A stretch of DNA of 64,000 bases from Geobacter sp. (lineage in GTDB: Bacteria; Desulfobacterota; Desulfuromonadia; Geobacterales; DSM-12255): contig VFJK01000031.1 in assembly GCA_009886125.1 (NCBI GenBank), positions 1,466-65,465 of the forward strand. Reading direction: 5' to 3'. This document shows, piece by piece, positions 48,795 through 59,509 of this stretch. Each line of letters starts with the position of its first letter. Within the stretch, counting starts at the first letter, position 1. The position numbers and the translations under genes are program-made. The notes beneath the pieces are model-generated. The model was not told the DNA's origin, did not search any database, and saw nothing but the letters and a program-made list of their open reading frames with translations.

Positions 48795-50450
48795 ATGCGA
48801 AGTGACATGATAAAAAAGGGGCTTGAAAGGACTCCGCACCGGGCCCTCCTCAAAGGCACAGGAATGCCGGACAGCGCGTTCGAGAAACCTTTTATCGGTG
48901 TCGCCACCAGTTTTACCGATCTCATCCCCGGTCATGTAGGGATGCGCGATCTGGAACGTTTCATCGAGAAGGGTGTTCATTCCGGTGGCGGATACTCCCT
49001 GTTCTTCGGCATTCCGGGCGTCTGCGACGGCATTGCCATGGGGCACAAGGGGATGCACTATTCCCTTCCTACACGCGAACTGATCGCTGATATGGTGGAG
49101 TCGGTTGCGGAGGCCCATAGACTGGACGGTCTCGTGCTGCTCACCAACTGCGACAAGATCACTCCCGGTATGCTGATGGCGGCTGCACGGCTTGATATCC
49201 CCTGTATTGTTGTCACAGCCGGCCCGATGATGAGCGGACGCGGCGAGGCCGGGAGAAAGTATTCTTTCGTGACCGATACTTTCGAGGCGATGGCCCGTTA
49301 CAAGGCCGGTGTCATTGACGCAAAGGAACTCCAGGTCTGTGAAGACAACGCCTGTCCGGGCATGGGTTCCTGCCAGGGACTTTTTACCGCCAATACCATG
49401 GCGATTCTGACTGAGACTCTGGGAATGAGCCTGCCGCGCTGCGGCACAGCGCTTGCCGTGTCAGCCCTCAAGCGCAGGATCGCGTTTGCCTCGGGTGAGA
49501 AGATCGTCGAACTGGTAGAGAAAAATATAACTCCTCGCAGCATTATGACCAGGGCAGCATTCGAGAATGCCATAAGGGTCGATCTGGCTCTAGGTGGCTC
49601 ATCCAATACCGTCCTGCATCTGCTGGCAATTGCCCGCGACGCCGGGGTGGAACTGCCGCTGGAGACTTTTGACATCCTTGCCAAGGAGACTCCTCAGCTT
49701 GCCTCCATGAATCCTAGCGGCGAGCATTTCATGGAGGATCTTGACGCTGCCGGAGGGGTGGCAGGAGTTCTTAAACAGCTCGGCGAAAAGATCAAGGATA
49801 ATCCGACCGTTTTCGGGCTCTCCACGCTCCAGCTTGCGGCAAGTATTGAAAATGTCGATGAGACGGTTATCCGTCCGCTTGATAATCCGGTAAAACCGGA
49901 AGGAGGTATCGCTGTCCTCTTCGGCAATCTTGCTCCGAAGGGGGCGGTCGTCAAGCAGTCCGGAGTTTCGGCTCCCATGATGAAGTTCGAGGGAACGGCC
50001 CGCTGCTTCGATTCGGAAGAGCTGGCCATGGCAGCGATAATGGAGGGGCGTATCGTCTCCGGAGATGTGGTCGTCATCCGCTATGAAGGACCGAAGGGTG
50101 GCCCCGGCATGAGAGAGATGCTTGCTCCGACTGCTGCCATCATGGGGATGGGACTGGGCGATTCGGTTGCTCTGGTAACAGACGGAAGATTTTCCGGAGG
50201 GACCCGCGGGCCCTGCATCGGCCATATCTCCCCTGAAGCAGCCGAAGGCGGTCCGATAGCCCTGGTGAAAGAGGGTGACCGGATTCTTCTCGATATCCCG
50301 AACAGGAAGCTCGAACTTCTGGTCAGCCCCTCAGATCTTGATGAGCGCTGGGCTAAGTGGACTCGGCCGGAGCCGAAGATCAAGGGTGGATGGCTGGCGA
50401 GGTATGCGAAGGTGGTGACGTCGGCGCACACCGGGGCTATCACGGAGTAG
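48795..50450 (+). CDS. ilvD: Dihydroxy-acid dehydratase
   Basis: [13 protein letters not shown]; CPGMGSCQG; RFSGGT. Confidence 0.96.
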   Translation: MRSDMIKKGLERTPHRALLKGTGMPDSAFEKPFIGVATSFTDLIPGHVGMRDLERFIEKGVHSGGGYSLFFGIPGVCDGIAMGHKGMHYSLPTRELIADMVESVAEAHRLDGLVLLTNCDKITPGMLMAAARLDIPCIVVTAGPMMSGRGEAGRKYSFVTDTFEAMARYKAGVIDAKELQVCEDNACPGMGSCQGLFTANTMAILTETLGMSLPRCGTALAVSALKRRIAFASGEKIVELVEKNITPRSIMTRAAFENAIRVDLALGGSSNTVLHLLAIARDAGVELPLETFDILAKETPQLASMNPSGEHFMEDLDAAGGVAGVLKQLGEKIKDNPTVFGLSTLQLAASIENVDETVIRPLDNPVKPEGGIAVLFGNLAPKGAVVKQSGVSAPMMKFEGTARCFDSEELAMAAIMEGRIVSGDVVVIRYEGPKGGPGMREMLAPTAAIMGMGLGDSVALVTDGRFSGGTRGPCIGHISPEAAEGGPIALVKEGDRILLDIPNRKLELLVSPSDLDERWAKWTRPEPKIKGGWLARYAKVVTSAHTGAITE

Positions 50451-50460
50451 AACTTTAAAC

Positions 50461-50536
50461 CCAACCCCCCTCAATCCCCCCTTGTCAGGGGGGAAGCGTT
50501 TAAGCCTCCCTTGATAAGGGGAGGTTTGGAGGGGTT
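50461..50536. repeat. 76-bp C/G-tract intergenic repeat, family A, copy 2
   Basis: About 88% identical by eye to 17783-17858, with the same hairpin architecture. Confidence 0.85.
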
Positions 50537-50571
50537 AGAATAACAATTTCCCTGATACGGGAGGAACTTAT

Positions 50572-52272
50572 ATGAAAATGAGTGGAGCAAGAATACTTTT
50601 TGAGTGTCTGAAAAAGGAGGGGGTCGACCTTGTGTTCGGCTATCCCGGCGGCACGGTCATAAATATTTACGACGAGCTGTACAATTTCAAGGGGATCAAG
50701 CATATCCTCCCCCGTCACGAGCAGGCCGGGACACATGCTGCAGACGGCTATGCCCGGGCGACCGGCAAGGTGGGGGTGATGATCGCCACTTCAGGCCCCG
50801 GGGCAACCAATACAGTAACAGGTATTGCCACGGCGTACATGGATTCGATCCCCATGGTTATCATTACCGGTCAGGTGCCTACGGCTCTGATTGGTAACGA
50901 CGCTTTTCAGGAGGTCGATATCGTCGGTGTTACCCGCCCCTGTACCAAACACAGTTTTCTGGTAAAGGATGTGAAGGATCTGGCGACAATACTGAAAAAG
51001 GCCTTCTATATTGCCCGGACAGGTCGACCCGGTCCGGTTCTGGTCGATATTCCGAAAGATGTACAGATTGCTCAGACGGAATTCCATTACCCCGAGACTA
51101 TCGAACTGCGCAGCTACAAGCCGACGGTTGAAGGGCATCCGAAACAGATCGAACGTGCGGTGGAGATGCTCCTGGCCGCGAAGAAGCCGGTTGTTTATGT
51201 CGGCGGCGGCGTTGTCCTCGGCAATGCTGCAGAGGAGCTGACCGCATTTTGCAGATTACTCGGCGTGCCGGTAACAACAACGCTCATGGGCCTGGGAGCT
51301 TTCCCGGAAAACGATCCGAACTCGCTGCGGATGCTCGGAATGCACGGCACCTATTACGCCAATATGGCCATGACCGACACCGATGTCTTGCTGGCAGTCG
51401 GTGCCCGCTTCGATGACCGGGTAACCGGCAAGCTCTCTACCTTTGCACCCCACGCCAAGATTATCCATATCGACGTCGATCCGACCTCGATCAAGAAGAA
51501 CGTTCGCGTCGATCTGCCGATCGTCGGCGATGTCAAGGGTGTTCTGGTCAGGATGATCAAGGTGGCAAAGGCCAATGCCGACAAGGTTGCGAACCTCAAG
51601 GAAGCCATGAAACCCTGGCTGGAGGAGATCGCCGGGTGGAAGGCCAAGCATCCGCTGTCGTACAAGCATGCTGCGACCGTCATAAAACCGCAGTATGTCA
51701 TCGAGAAACTGCGCGAGCTTTCCAATCCCGACGCGATCGTTTCTACGGATGTCGGTCAGCATCAAATGTGGACTGCCCAGTTTTTCGGGTTCACCAAGCC
51801 GCGGACCCTGCTAAGTTCCGGCGGTCTCGGGACCATGGGGTACGGTCTCCCGGCGGCCATGGGGGCGCAGGCTGCTTTCCCCGAGCGCCAGGTCATTACC
51901 ATCTGTGGTGACGGCGGCGTACAGATGAACATCCAGGAGATGGCAACACTGGTCCAGTACCGTCTTCCGGTAAAAATAGTCATTCTCAACAACGGTTTTC
52001 TCGGTATGGTGCGTCAGTGGCAGGAACTCTTTTTCGACAAGCGCTACTCGCAGACCTGTCTGGACCTGCCCATAGATTTCATCAAGCTGGCCGAAGCCTA
52101 TGGCGCCAAGGGTTTTCAGGCAACCAAACCCGAAGATGTCGAAGCGGTAATCAGAAAAGGCTTTGCAACTGAAGGGCCGGTAATCATGGAGTTCAAGGTC
52201 GCCCGCGAGGAGAAGGTCCTGCCAATGGTGCCCGGCGGTGCGTCGCTGAACGAGATGGTTTTGAACGCGTAA
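50572..52272 (+). CDS. ilvB: Acetolactate synthase large subunit
   Basis: ThDP enzyme motifs (GYPGG, GPGATN, GGLGTMGYGLPAAMG...GDGG). Confidence 0.95.
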   Translation: MKMSGARILFECLKKEGVDLVFGYPGGTVINIYDELYNFKGIKHILPRHEQAGTHAADGYARATGKVGVMIATSGPGATNTVTGIATAYMDSIPMVIITGQVPTALIGNDAFQEVDIVGVTRPCTKHSFLVKDVKDLATILKKAFYIARTGRPGPVLVDIPKDVQIAQTEFHYPETIELRSYKPTVEGHPKQIERAVEMLLAAKKPVVYVGGGVVLGNAAEELTAFCRLLGVPVTTTLMGLGAFPENDPNSLRMLGMHGTYYANMAMTDTDVLLAVGARFDDRVTGKLSTFAPHAKIIHIDVDPTSIKKNVRVDLPIVGDVKGVLVRMIKVAKANADKVANLKEAMKPWLEEIAGWKAKHPLSYKHAATVIKPQYVIEKLRELSNPDAIVSTDVGQHQMWTAQFFGFTKPRTLLSSGGLGTMGYGLPAAMGAQAAFPERQVITICGDGGVQMNIQEMATLVQYRLPVKIVILNNGFLGMVRQWQELFFDKRYSQTCLDLPIDFIKLAEAYGAKGFQATKPEDVEAVIRKGFATEGPVIMEFKVAREEKVLPMVPGGASLNEMVLNA

Positions 52273-52282
52273 ACGATATCCT

Positions 52283-52347
52283 GTAGGGGCGGACGGCGTC
52301 CGCCCCATCGGGCGCATGCAATGTGGGCGCATGCCATGCGCCCCTAC
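52283..52347. repeat. GTAGGGGCG...CGCCCCTAC REP-like element, family B, copy 2 (between ilvB and ilvN)
   Basis: GTAGGGGCGGACGGCGTCCGCCCC...GGGCGCATGCCATGCGCCCCTAC. Confidence 0.8.
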
Positions 52348-52371
52348 ATAGGTTTTTAATGGAGATTTCCC

Positions 52372-52860
52372 ATGAAACATACAATTTCAGTTCTGGTTGA
52401 AAACGAGTTCGGTGTGCTTTCCCGGGTGGCTGCACTTTTCTCCGGGCGCGGCTTCAACATCGATTCTCTGTCGGTTGCACCGACCAATGACGAGTGTATC
52501 TCCCGGATGACGCTGGTGACCAGCGGCGACGAACAGGTTTTGGAGCAGATTTCCAAGCAGCTCAATAAATTGATAGATGTTATCAAGGTGATTGATTTCA
52601 CCGATGGTAGTGGCATAGAACGGGAGATGGCTTTAATCAAGGTGACGGCGGAAGATGAGCGCAGGGCCGAGGTCCTCAGGATTGTCGATATCTTCCGGGC
52701 AAAAATCATCGATGTAACGCAGAAATCCTATACGATTGAGGCAACCGGATCGCCTTTAAAGATCGATGCCATTTTGGAGCTGCTTCGTCCCCTTGGACTC
52801 AAGGAGCTGGTACGAACGGGTGCTGTTGCGATTGGACGTGGAGCCAAAGTCTGGAATTAA
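52372..52860 (+). CDS. ilvN: Acetolactate synthase small (regulatory) subunit
   Basis: ACT domain start HTISVLVENEFGVLSRVAALFSGRGFNI. Confidence 0.93.
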   Translation: MKHTISVLVENEFGVLSRVAALFSGRGFNIDSLSVAPTNDECISRMTLVTSGDEQVLEQISKQLNKLIDVIKVIDFTDGSGIEREMALIKVTAEDERRAEVLRIVDIFRAKIIDVTQKSYTIEATGSPLKIDAILELLRPLGLKELVRTGAVAIGRGAKVWN

Positions 52861-52907
52861 TTCAAGTGCCAGTGATTATCTGAGCAGAATTGACATGGAG
52901 GAAGTAA

Positions 52908-53918
<1,011 letters not shown>

Positions 53919-53923
53919 TATTG

Positions 53924-54586
53924 ATGCGTAATCAGAATACACCTATTGCTATGGAGGGGCTCCCCTTTGTTGCCGGTTTTTCCGGGGGGGCTCTTCTTTT
54001 CTATCTCTTTTCAGAGAATCTGCACTCTCAATTACTGCTTGCGTTATCAGTTTTTGCACTGCTGCTGGCAGGGTTTTCGCTGTATTTTTTCCGTAACCCG
54101 CATAGGAGAATCCCGGCAGTAGACGGTGCTGTTGTCTCTCCGGCTGACGGTGTCATCATTTACCTCGGAGATGCCGTAGAAGAGCATCTTGGTGTGCAGA
54201 TGACGAAGATAAGCATCTTCATGTCGGTATTTAGCGTCCATATTAATCGAGCACCGGTTAGTGGCAGGATTATCGATAATTTTTATGTGCAGGGCAAATT
54301 TCTTGATGTAAGAGACGAACGTGCTACATTTGAGAACGAAAGAAACGGCCTGGTAGTAGAGACCCTGAAAGGTGTTATAATCGTAGTGGTGCAAGTGGCC
54401 GGACTTATTGCCCGGCGGATCGTCTGTTATCCTATCGTCGGAGAGATGATAGTTCAAGGGGAGCGTTACGGACTGATCCGTTTCGGGTCGCGACTCGACG
54501 TATACGTGCCGAAGGGATCGGATATACAGGTCAAGCTTGGCCAGAAAACGATCGCCGGAGAGACAGTCCTGGGGAAACTTCAATGA
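53924..54586 (+). CDS. psd: Phosphatidylserine decarboxylase (short, archaeal/Psd-related type)
   Basis: FGSRLD self-cleavage G-S motif near the C-terminus; N-terminal TM helices. Confidence 0.82.
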   Translation: MRNQNTPIAMEGLPFVAGFSGGALLFYLFSENLHSQLLLALSVFALLLAGFSLYFFRNPHRRIPAVDGAVVSPADGVIIYLGDAVEEHLGVQMTKISIFMSVFSVHINRAPVSGRIIDNFYVQGKFLDVRDERATFENERNGLVVETLKGVIIVVVQVAGLIARRIVCYPIVGEMIVQGERYGLIRFGSRLDVYVPKGSDIQVKLGQKTIAGETVLGKLQ

Positions 54587-55380
54587 CAGAACAACAGTCA
54601 AGCCGCTCTGAAAGCATGCGTAAGGGGATTTACATACTTCCTAATCTCTTTACGACGGGAAGCCTTTTTGCCGGTTTTTACGGGATGGTTTCCGGGGTAA
54701 ACGGTGATTACCGGACCGCTGCGATCTGGATACTGGTTTCTGCAGTTTTTGACGGCCTTGACGGTAAAGTAGCAAGAGCTACCGGTACCACAAGCAAGTT
54801 CGGAGTTGAATACGATTCTCTTGCGGACCTGGTAGCTTTTGGTGTTGCTCCCGGGCTGCTGATGTACTTATGGGCACTGAAACCTTTTGGCAGGCTGGGT
54901 TGGCTTGCTGCCTTCCTTTTCGTGGTGTGCGGCGCTCTTCGCCTGGCCCGGTTCAATGTTCAGGTTGACACGGTTGAAAGCAAGCGCTTTATCGGCTTGC
55001 CTATACCTGCTGCAGCCAGCATGGTATCGGCGACAATACTGTTTTTCCATCACATGGGGTGGCCGAGCTCGTATAAGAAGCTTGCTATCCTGATTCTGAT
55101 CTATCTTCTTGCTTTTCTGATGGTCTCAAATGTCAAATATTATTCATTCAAAGATCCTGAAATCATAAAGAAGCAGCCTTTCGGTTTTCTGGTGCTGCTG
55201 GTACTCCTTCTCATAGTTATTGCAGCAGAACCGGCGATCATGATGTTTGCTCTTTTCTGTTGTTACCTTCTTTCCGGTCCGATAACCTATCTTGTCTCAA
55301 TGCCAAGGCGCAGAAGACTGGAAAAGGCTATTCATAAAGGGCATGAATCGGTTTCAGATGGTGGTGACAAGAGTGAGTAG
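54583..55380 (+). CDS. pssA: CDP-diacylglycerol-serine O-phosphatidyltransferase
   Basis: CDP-alcohol motif DGLDGKVAR...G...DSLADLV. Confidence 0.88.
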   Translation: MTEQQSSRSESMRKGIYILPNLFTTGSLFAGFYGMVSGVNGDYRTAAIWILVSAVFDGLDGKVARATGTTSKFGVEYDSLADLVAFGVAPGLLMYLWALKPFGRLGWLAAFLFVVCGALRLARFNVQVDTVESKRFIGLPIPAAASMVSATILFFHHMGWPSSYKKLAILILIYLLAFLMVSNVKYYSFKDPEIIKKQPFGFLVLLVLLLIVIAAEPAIMMFALFCCYLLSGPITYLVSMPRRRRLEKAIHKGHESVSDGGDKSE

Positions 55381-55426
55381 TGTATCGCATATAAAATCGC
55401 ATATAAAATTACGAATATAAAATTAC

Positions 55427-55456
55427 TTGACAATTTTTATAGATTTTCTCTATCAT
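55427..55456 (+). promoter_or_regulatory. Sigma-70-type promoter of the leuA leader
   Basis: TTGACA (55427-55432), N18, TATCAT (55451-55456). Preceded by three ATATAAAAT repeats (UP-like). Confidence 0.45.
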
Positions 55457-55489
55457 CTACAAAATTATAAAAGCTGTGAAGAGGAGTAG

Positions 55490-55818
55490 TAGTCTCAACT
55501 CTTTTTAAAGAGAGCCGGTGGGTGGTGCAAACCGGTAAAAGAGCAGATGAACTCGCCTTGGAGCCGCTCCGGTGAAATTAAGTAAGCGGAGACGCTGTCC
55601 CACGTAACGGGCATAGAGACCCTTCAAGCGGTTCGATTTTGGGTTCAGGTCAAGGCAGGCAAGAAGGAGATGGCGAGGCGTACCAGCGGTACGTCGAGTC
55701 GTTGACGACGCAGCCAACGCTGATATGGGCTCAAAGGCGAAACGCCTTCCGGGTGAATGAGGGTGGTACCGCGGAGACTTATGCCTTCGCCCCTTGATTA
55801 GGGGTGGAGGCTTTTTTG
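55490..55818 (+). promoter_or_regulatory. T-box leader (Leu, candidate CUC specifier) with an intrinsic terminator
   Basis: AGAGA box at ~55509. GAA-CTC-G is at 55549-55555 (CTC at 55552-55554). The canonical T-box AATGAGGGTGGTACCGCG is at 55757-55774. The terminator GCCTTCGCCCC-N7-GGGGTGGAGGC + TTTTTT ends at ~55818. Confidence 0.8.
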
Positions 55819-55885
55819 TATCTTGGGTCGTAAATACTGGATTCTGTGGAACAATTGAGCAAAAACAAGGGGAGGAATTGATACC

Positions 55886-57439
55886 ATGGCAAAAAAAGAC
55901 GCATTAAAAACTATCAAGATCTTTGACACAACGCTGCGGGATGGTGAGCAGGCGCCAGGCAACAGCATGAATATCGAGGAGAAGCTCCGGATAGCCAAAC
56001 AGCTGGAAAAACTCAAGGTTGATGTTATTGAGGCAGGTTTTCCGATTGCTTCCGATGGCGATTTCGAAGCGGTAAAAAGAATTGCCAAGGAAATCAGGGG
56101 GCCGGAAATAGCCGGGCTCTGCCGTTCAAGCGAAAAAGACATCGACAGAGCCTGGGAGGCGCTTCAATATGCCGGAGAGCGTGGCAGGATTCATACTTTC
56201 ATAGCCACCTCTGACATTCATATGAAATACAAACTGAAAATGGAGCCTTCCAGGGTTCTCGAAGCTGCGGTTAAGGCGGTAAAACGGGCAAAGTCATTCA
56301 CCCCTAATGTTGAATTCTCCTGTGAAGATGCTGTGCGCACCAGACTCCCGTTTCTTGCCGAAGTAGTGGCGGCTGTTATTGACGCCGGTGCAACAACAGT
56401 AAATATTCCCGATACGGTCGGGTATACTATCCCGTTCGAGTACTTCAACATCATCAAATATCTCAAGGATAATGTTGCTAATATCGAGCAGGCTGTTATC
56501 TCAGTCCATTGTCATAATGATCTTGGCCTATCCGTTGCCAATTCGATCGCTGCCATCCAGGCAGGCGCCGGTCAAGTGGAGTGCACCATTAACGGCATCG
56601 GAGAGCGCGCCGGCAACTGTTCGCTTGAAGAGTTTGTCATGGCACTAAGAACCCGTCACGATATTCTGCCTTTCAGAACAAACGTGGTTACTGAACAGAT
56701 CATGCCGGCAAGTCGTCTCCTCTCTACCATTACCGGTATCATGGTCCAACCTAACAAGTCAGTTGTCGGGGCGAATGCTTTTGCGCATGAATCCGGGATT
56801 CATCAGCACGGGATGCTGATGGACAAGTCTACCTACGAAATCATGACCCCGGAATCGATTGGCCTGAAAACCAGCTCTCTGGTTCTGGGTAAGCACTCAG
56901 GTCGGCATGCGTTCAAGAAAAGGTTGGAAGAGCTCGGGTACGAACTGAATGATGCGGATCTGAACAAGGCATTCAACCGCTTTAAAACACTGGCCGATCT
57001 AAAGAAAGAGGTATTTGACGAAGACCTCGACGCAATCATGACGGAAGAGATAACGCGCGAAGAGGAGAAGTACAAGCTTGATCATATTACGGTGACCTGC
57101 GGCTCTTTTGCTGTTGCAACCGCTACAGTCCAGATGGAAATAGAGGGTAAACCTTTCAGGACCGCAGAACTTGGAGACGGCCCTGTCGATGCTACTCTGA
57201 AGGCGATTAAGAAGCTGACAAAGTGTAAGGCAAAGCTGCTCACGTATAATGTCGGAGCAATCACAAGCGGTACGGATGCTCAGGGTGAAGTGACAGTAAA
57301 GGTCGCCGAAGGAGACAGGACTGTTACGGGCAGGGGGTCTTCGACGGACATCATTGAAGCTTCTGCAAAGGCTTTTATAAATGCTCTGAACAGACTGGAT
57401 GTAATGAAGGAGAGATTCGAAGAGAGAAATGCTTTATAG
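55886..57439 (+). CDS. leuA: 2-isopropylmalate synthase
   Basis: IFDTTLRDGEQ; HCHNDLGL; C-terminal LeuA dimer/regulatory domain. Confidence 0.95.
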   Translation: MAKKDALKTIKIFDTTLRDGEQAPGNSMNIEEKLRIAKQLEKLKVDVIEAGFPIASDGDFEAVKRIAKEIRGPEIAGLCRSSEKDIDRAWEALQYAGERGRIHTFIATSDIHMKYKLKMEPSRVLEAAVKAVKRAKSFTPNVEFSCEDAVRTRLPFLAEVVAAVIDAGATTVNIPDTVGYTIPFEYFNIIKYLKDNVANIEQAVISVHCHNDLGLSVANSIAAIQAGAGQVECTINGIGERAGNCSLEEFVMALRTRHDILPFRTNVVTEQIMPASRLLSTITGIMVQPNKSVVGANAFAHESGIHQHGMLMDKSTYEIMTPESIGLKTSSLVLGKHSGRHAFKKRLEELGYELNDADLNKAFNRFKTLADLKKEVFDEDLDAIMTEEITREEEKYKLDHITVTCGSFAVATATVQMEIEGKPFRTAELGDGPVDATLKAIKKLTKCKAKLLTYNVGAITSGTDAQGEVTVKVAEGDRTVTGRGSSTDIIEASAKAFINALNRLDVMKERFEERNAL

Positions 57440-57552
57440 AAGTTCATCCAGATAATTGCATAGACCGGTTTGTCTGAGGGATTTGGAATTTACCGATGTA
57501 AAACGGTATATTGGTGAGTTCCGAGTCCCTAAGTTTCAGATAAACCGGTTTT

Positions 57553-58422
57553 TTATTTCTGCGCAGTTCCGGCAACAGACCAGGGGAAGTCACGCAGATG
57601 CTCGGCAAGTTCTTCTCTGCTATAGCGGTTTATTCGCCGGACTGCAAGAATCAGGATTATGGAAAGTGGCAGTAGTGTGGCAAAAAACCCGGATATCGCA
57701 ACGGTTAACTCATGTATGAGGATTGCGATGACAAGGTTGAATATGATAATCGAAAGATAGAGGAGTACAGGGAACAGGGCGCTCCCTGGGAAATTGCAGA
57801 CCCCAAATGGCGGCGTTGTCGTCGTGGTACTACGCGAGCCGGCAAGCCTTTGAAGAAGAAAAATCATAAGGCTGCTGACGATAAACCATCCGAAATAATT
57901 TGTCAGAGGTACACCGAAATGATGGCCTGTTTCCCTGTATCCGTATATCTCTCCAAGAAACCAGTGTTTCCCTTGCAGTGCAACCGGATCAATGATGATA
58001 TCCAGATATGTCTGTAGTAGCGATCCAAGAAGGAGCGCAGAAAAAGATCGTCGCAGAGATACTGTCTCAAGCAGGATAAGATTTTTTCTGGCGAACTTTA
58101 AAGGTGAGAGGATGAAAAGAGCCGTTGCGTAACTGCAATAACAGAGGAAAACATACGACAGAGAATCAAAAAAAGGGACTCCGGCAATCCAGAGTTCTCT
58201 TGAACTGGTCCTGTCAATATAGTAGTACCATCCGTAAGGGAACCCTGTATTTATTGACGAGAATTCAGAAGCAAATGCGGTCAGGTAGCCGATGAAAGTA
58301 AAAACAGAGACTTTCTTCCACCCCAGATGTGGAACTGAAGCGATGATATAGGCAGCGAAGAATGCAAACACGTAGGGTCTCATGGTGACGGTCCCAACGG
58401 CTATCTGCATCATATCGTTCAT
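57553..58422 (-). CDS. Polytopic membrane protein resembling the 'carotenoid biosynthesis protein' (CruF-like, PF04240) family
   Basis: 289 aa with ~8 TM segments. The start overlaps the MlaD stop (TGATG). The family assignment is from memory of the sequence style only. Confidence 0.45.
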   Translation of the reverse strand: MNDMMQIAVGTVTMRPYVFAFFAAYIIASVPHLGWKKVSVFTFIGYLTAFASEFSSINTGFPYGWYYYIDRTSSRELWIAGVPFFDSLSYVFLCYCSYATALFILSPLKFARKNLILLETVSLRRSFSALLLGSLLQTYLDIIIDPVALQGKHWFLGEIYGYRETGHHFGVPLTNYFGWFIVSSLMIFLLQRLAGSRSTTTTTPPFGVCNFPGSALFPVLLYLSIIIFNLVIAILIHELTVAISGFFATLLPLSIILILAVRRINRYSREELAEHLRDFPWSVAGTAQK

Positions 58423-59492
58423 CAGAACAGAGTCCCTAAGATGCTTCCCAATACGGAGATCGGGCCGGTGTCTCCGATCCCTTCAGCAGCTTTCTCGACT
58501 TTCTTCAATGTAGCTGTTGTGTCACGGTACAGTTTGTCTTCATTGACAAGTTTACCTAAGGTCCCTTCTCCCGAGTTGATCTTTCTGGTTATCTCGCTCA
58601 GGTTTCTGGTCGTTTCCTTCAGGTCTTTGTAAACAGCCTCGTCATTAACAAGTTTACCCAGTGTCCCTTCTCCGTTGTTAACTTTTGCAGCAATATCCTT
58701 TATATCCTTGAATCCAGCGTTCATATTCCCCGCAGCGACCTTGATATCTACTACCGCAACCTTTAAATCGTTGTAAAGTGACGGGTCGTTTACCAGTTTA
58801 CCGATCGTCCCTTCACCGGAGTTTATTTTAGTTGCAATAGTGTTGAAATTCTCTCCCGCGTTTTTCAGGGTCACATACAGATTCTTGTCATTCAAAAGCA
58901 TTGCCAGTGAGCCTTCACCGCTGTTAATCTTTGCAGTTATGTTTCTGAAGTTGGTGATGCTTTCTGCCAGATTACTCCTGTTGTCGTCCAGGATCAGATT
59001 TATCTTCTTTATGACCTGATTCTGGTTTTTATTCAGATCGTTAATAAGAACCTTGGCATCTTTTACAGCATCACTCACATTGTCTACTATGACATCAATG
59101 TTTGCAGAGTCTTTCCCAATGACAGTTCCACCCTGTTCAAGGGAAGGAGCGTTCTTTGATCCAAACGAGAGGCTCAGAAACTGACCTCCAAGGAGATTGG
59201 TCAGCCTGAGGCTTGCAACAGTATCAGTCTTGATTTTGGTGTCAGGTTTCACTTCAAAGGCTATTTCCACATCTGCGTCACGCACCATTATCTCGGTAAT
59301 CCGACCTACGTTGACTCCTGCAAGCCTTACCGGGTCACCGGTTTTAAGCCCGGTGACTGTAGATAAATATGTTTTGTAGCTTGTGTTATGGTCAAAGGGG
59401 TTCCATTTCTCTCCGACTTCGAGCATGGCGCCTAAAAGTAAAATGGCAAGCAGGAAAAAGAGACCTACCTTTCGCTCAGTTGAATGGACCAT
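58422..59492 (-). CDS. MCE/MlaD-family protein with 4 C-terminal INSGEGTLGKLVND repeats
   Basis: Start trimmed to the ATG at 59492, behind GGAGAG. Contains an N-terminal TM helix and an MCE domain (GLKTGDPVRLAGVNVGRI). Confidence 0.85.
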   Translation of the reverse strand: MVHSTERKVGLFFLLAILLLGAMLEVGEKWNPFDHNTSYKTYLSTVTGLKTGDPVRLAGVNVGRITEIMVRDADVEIAFEVKPDTKIKTDTVASLRLTNLLGGQFLSLSFGSKNAPSLEQGGTVIGKDSANIDVIVDNVSDAVKDAKVLINDLNKNQNQVIKKINLILDDNRSNLAESITNFRNITAKINSGEGSLAMLLNDKNLYVTLKNAGENFNTIATKINSGEGTIGKLVNDPSLYNDLKVAVVDIKVAAGNMNAGFKDIKDIAAKVNNGEGTLGKLVNDEAVYKDLKETTRNLSEITRKINSGEGTLGKLVNEDKLYRDTTATLKKVEKAAEGIGDTGPISVLGSILGTLF

Positions 59493-59509
59493 CGTGCTCT
59501 CCTTCAATC

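Noticed and set aside
57456-57719. 87-aa plus-strand ORF after leuA. Also noted: a long-range inverted repeat ACCGGTTTGTCTGA (57464) / TCAGATAAACCGGT (57536).
   Set aside because: The ORF runs antisense into the CruF-like gene and has no features. The inverted repeat has a ~58-nt loop, so calling it a terminator is not justified without folding or 3'-end data.
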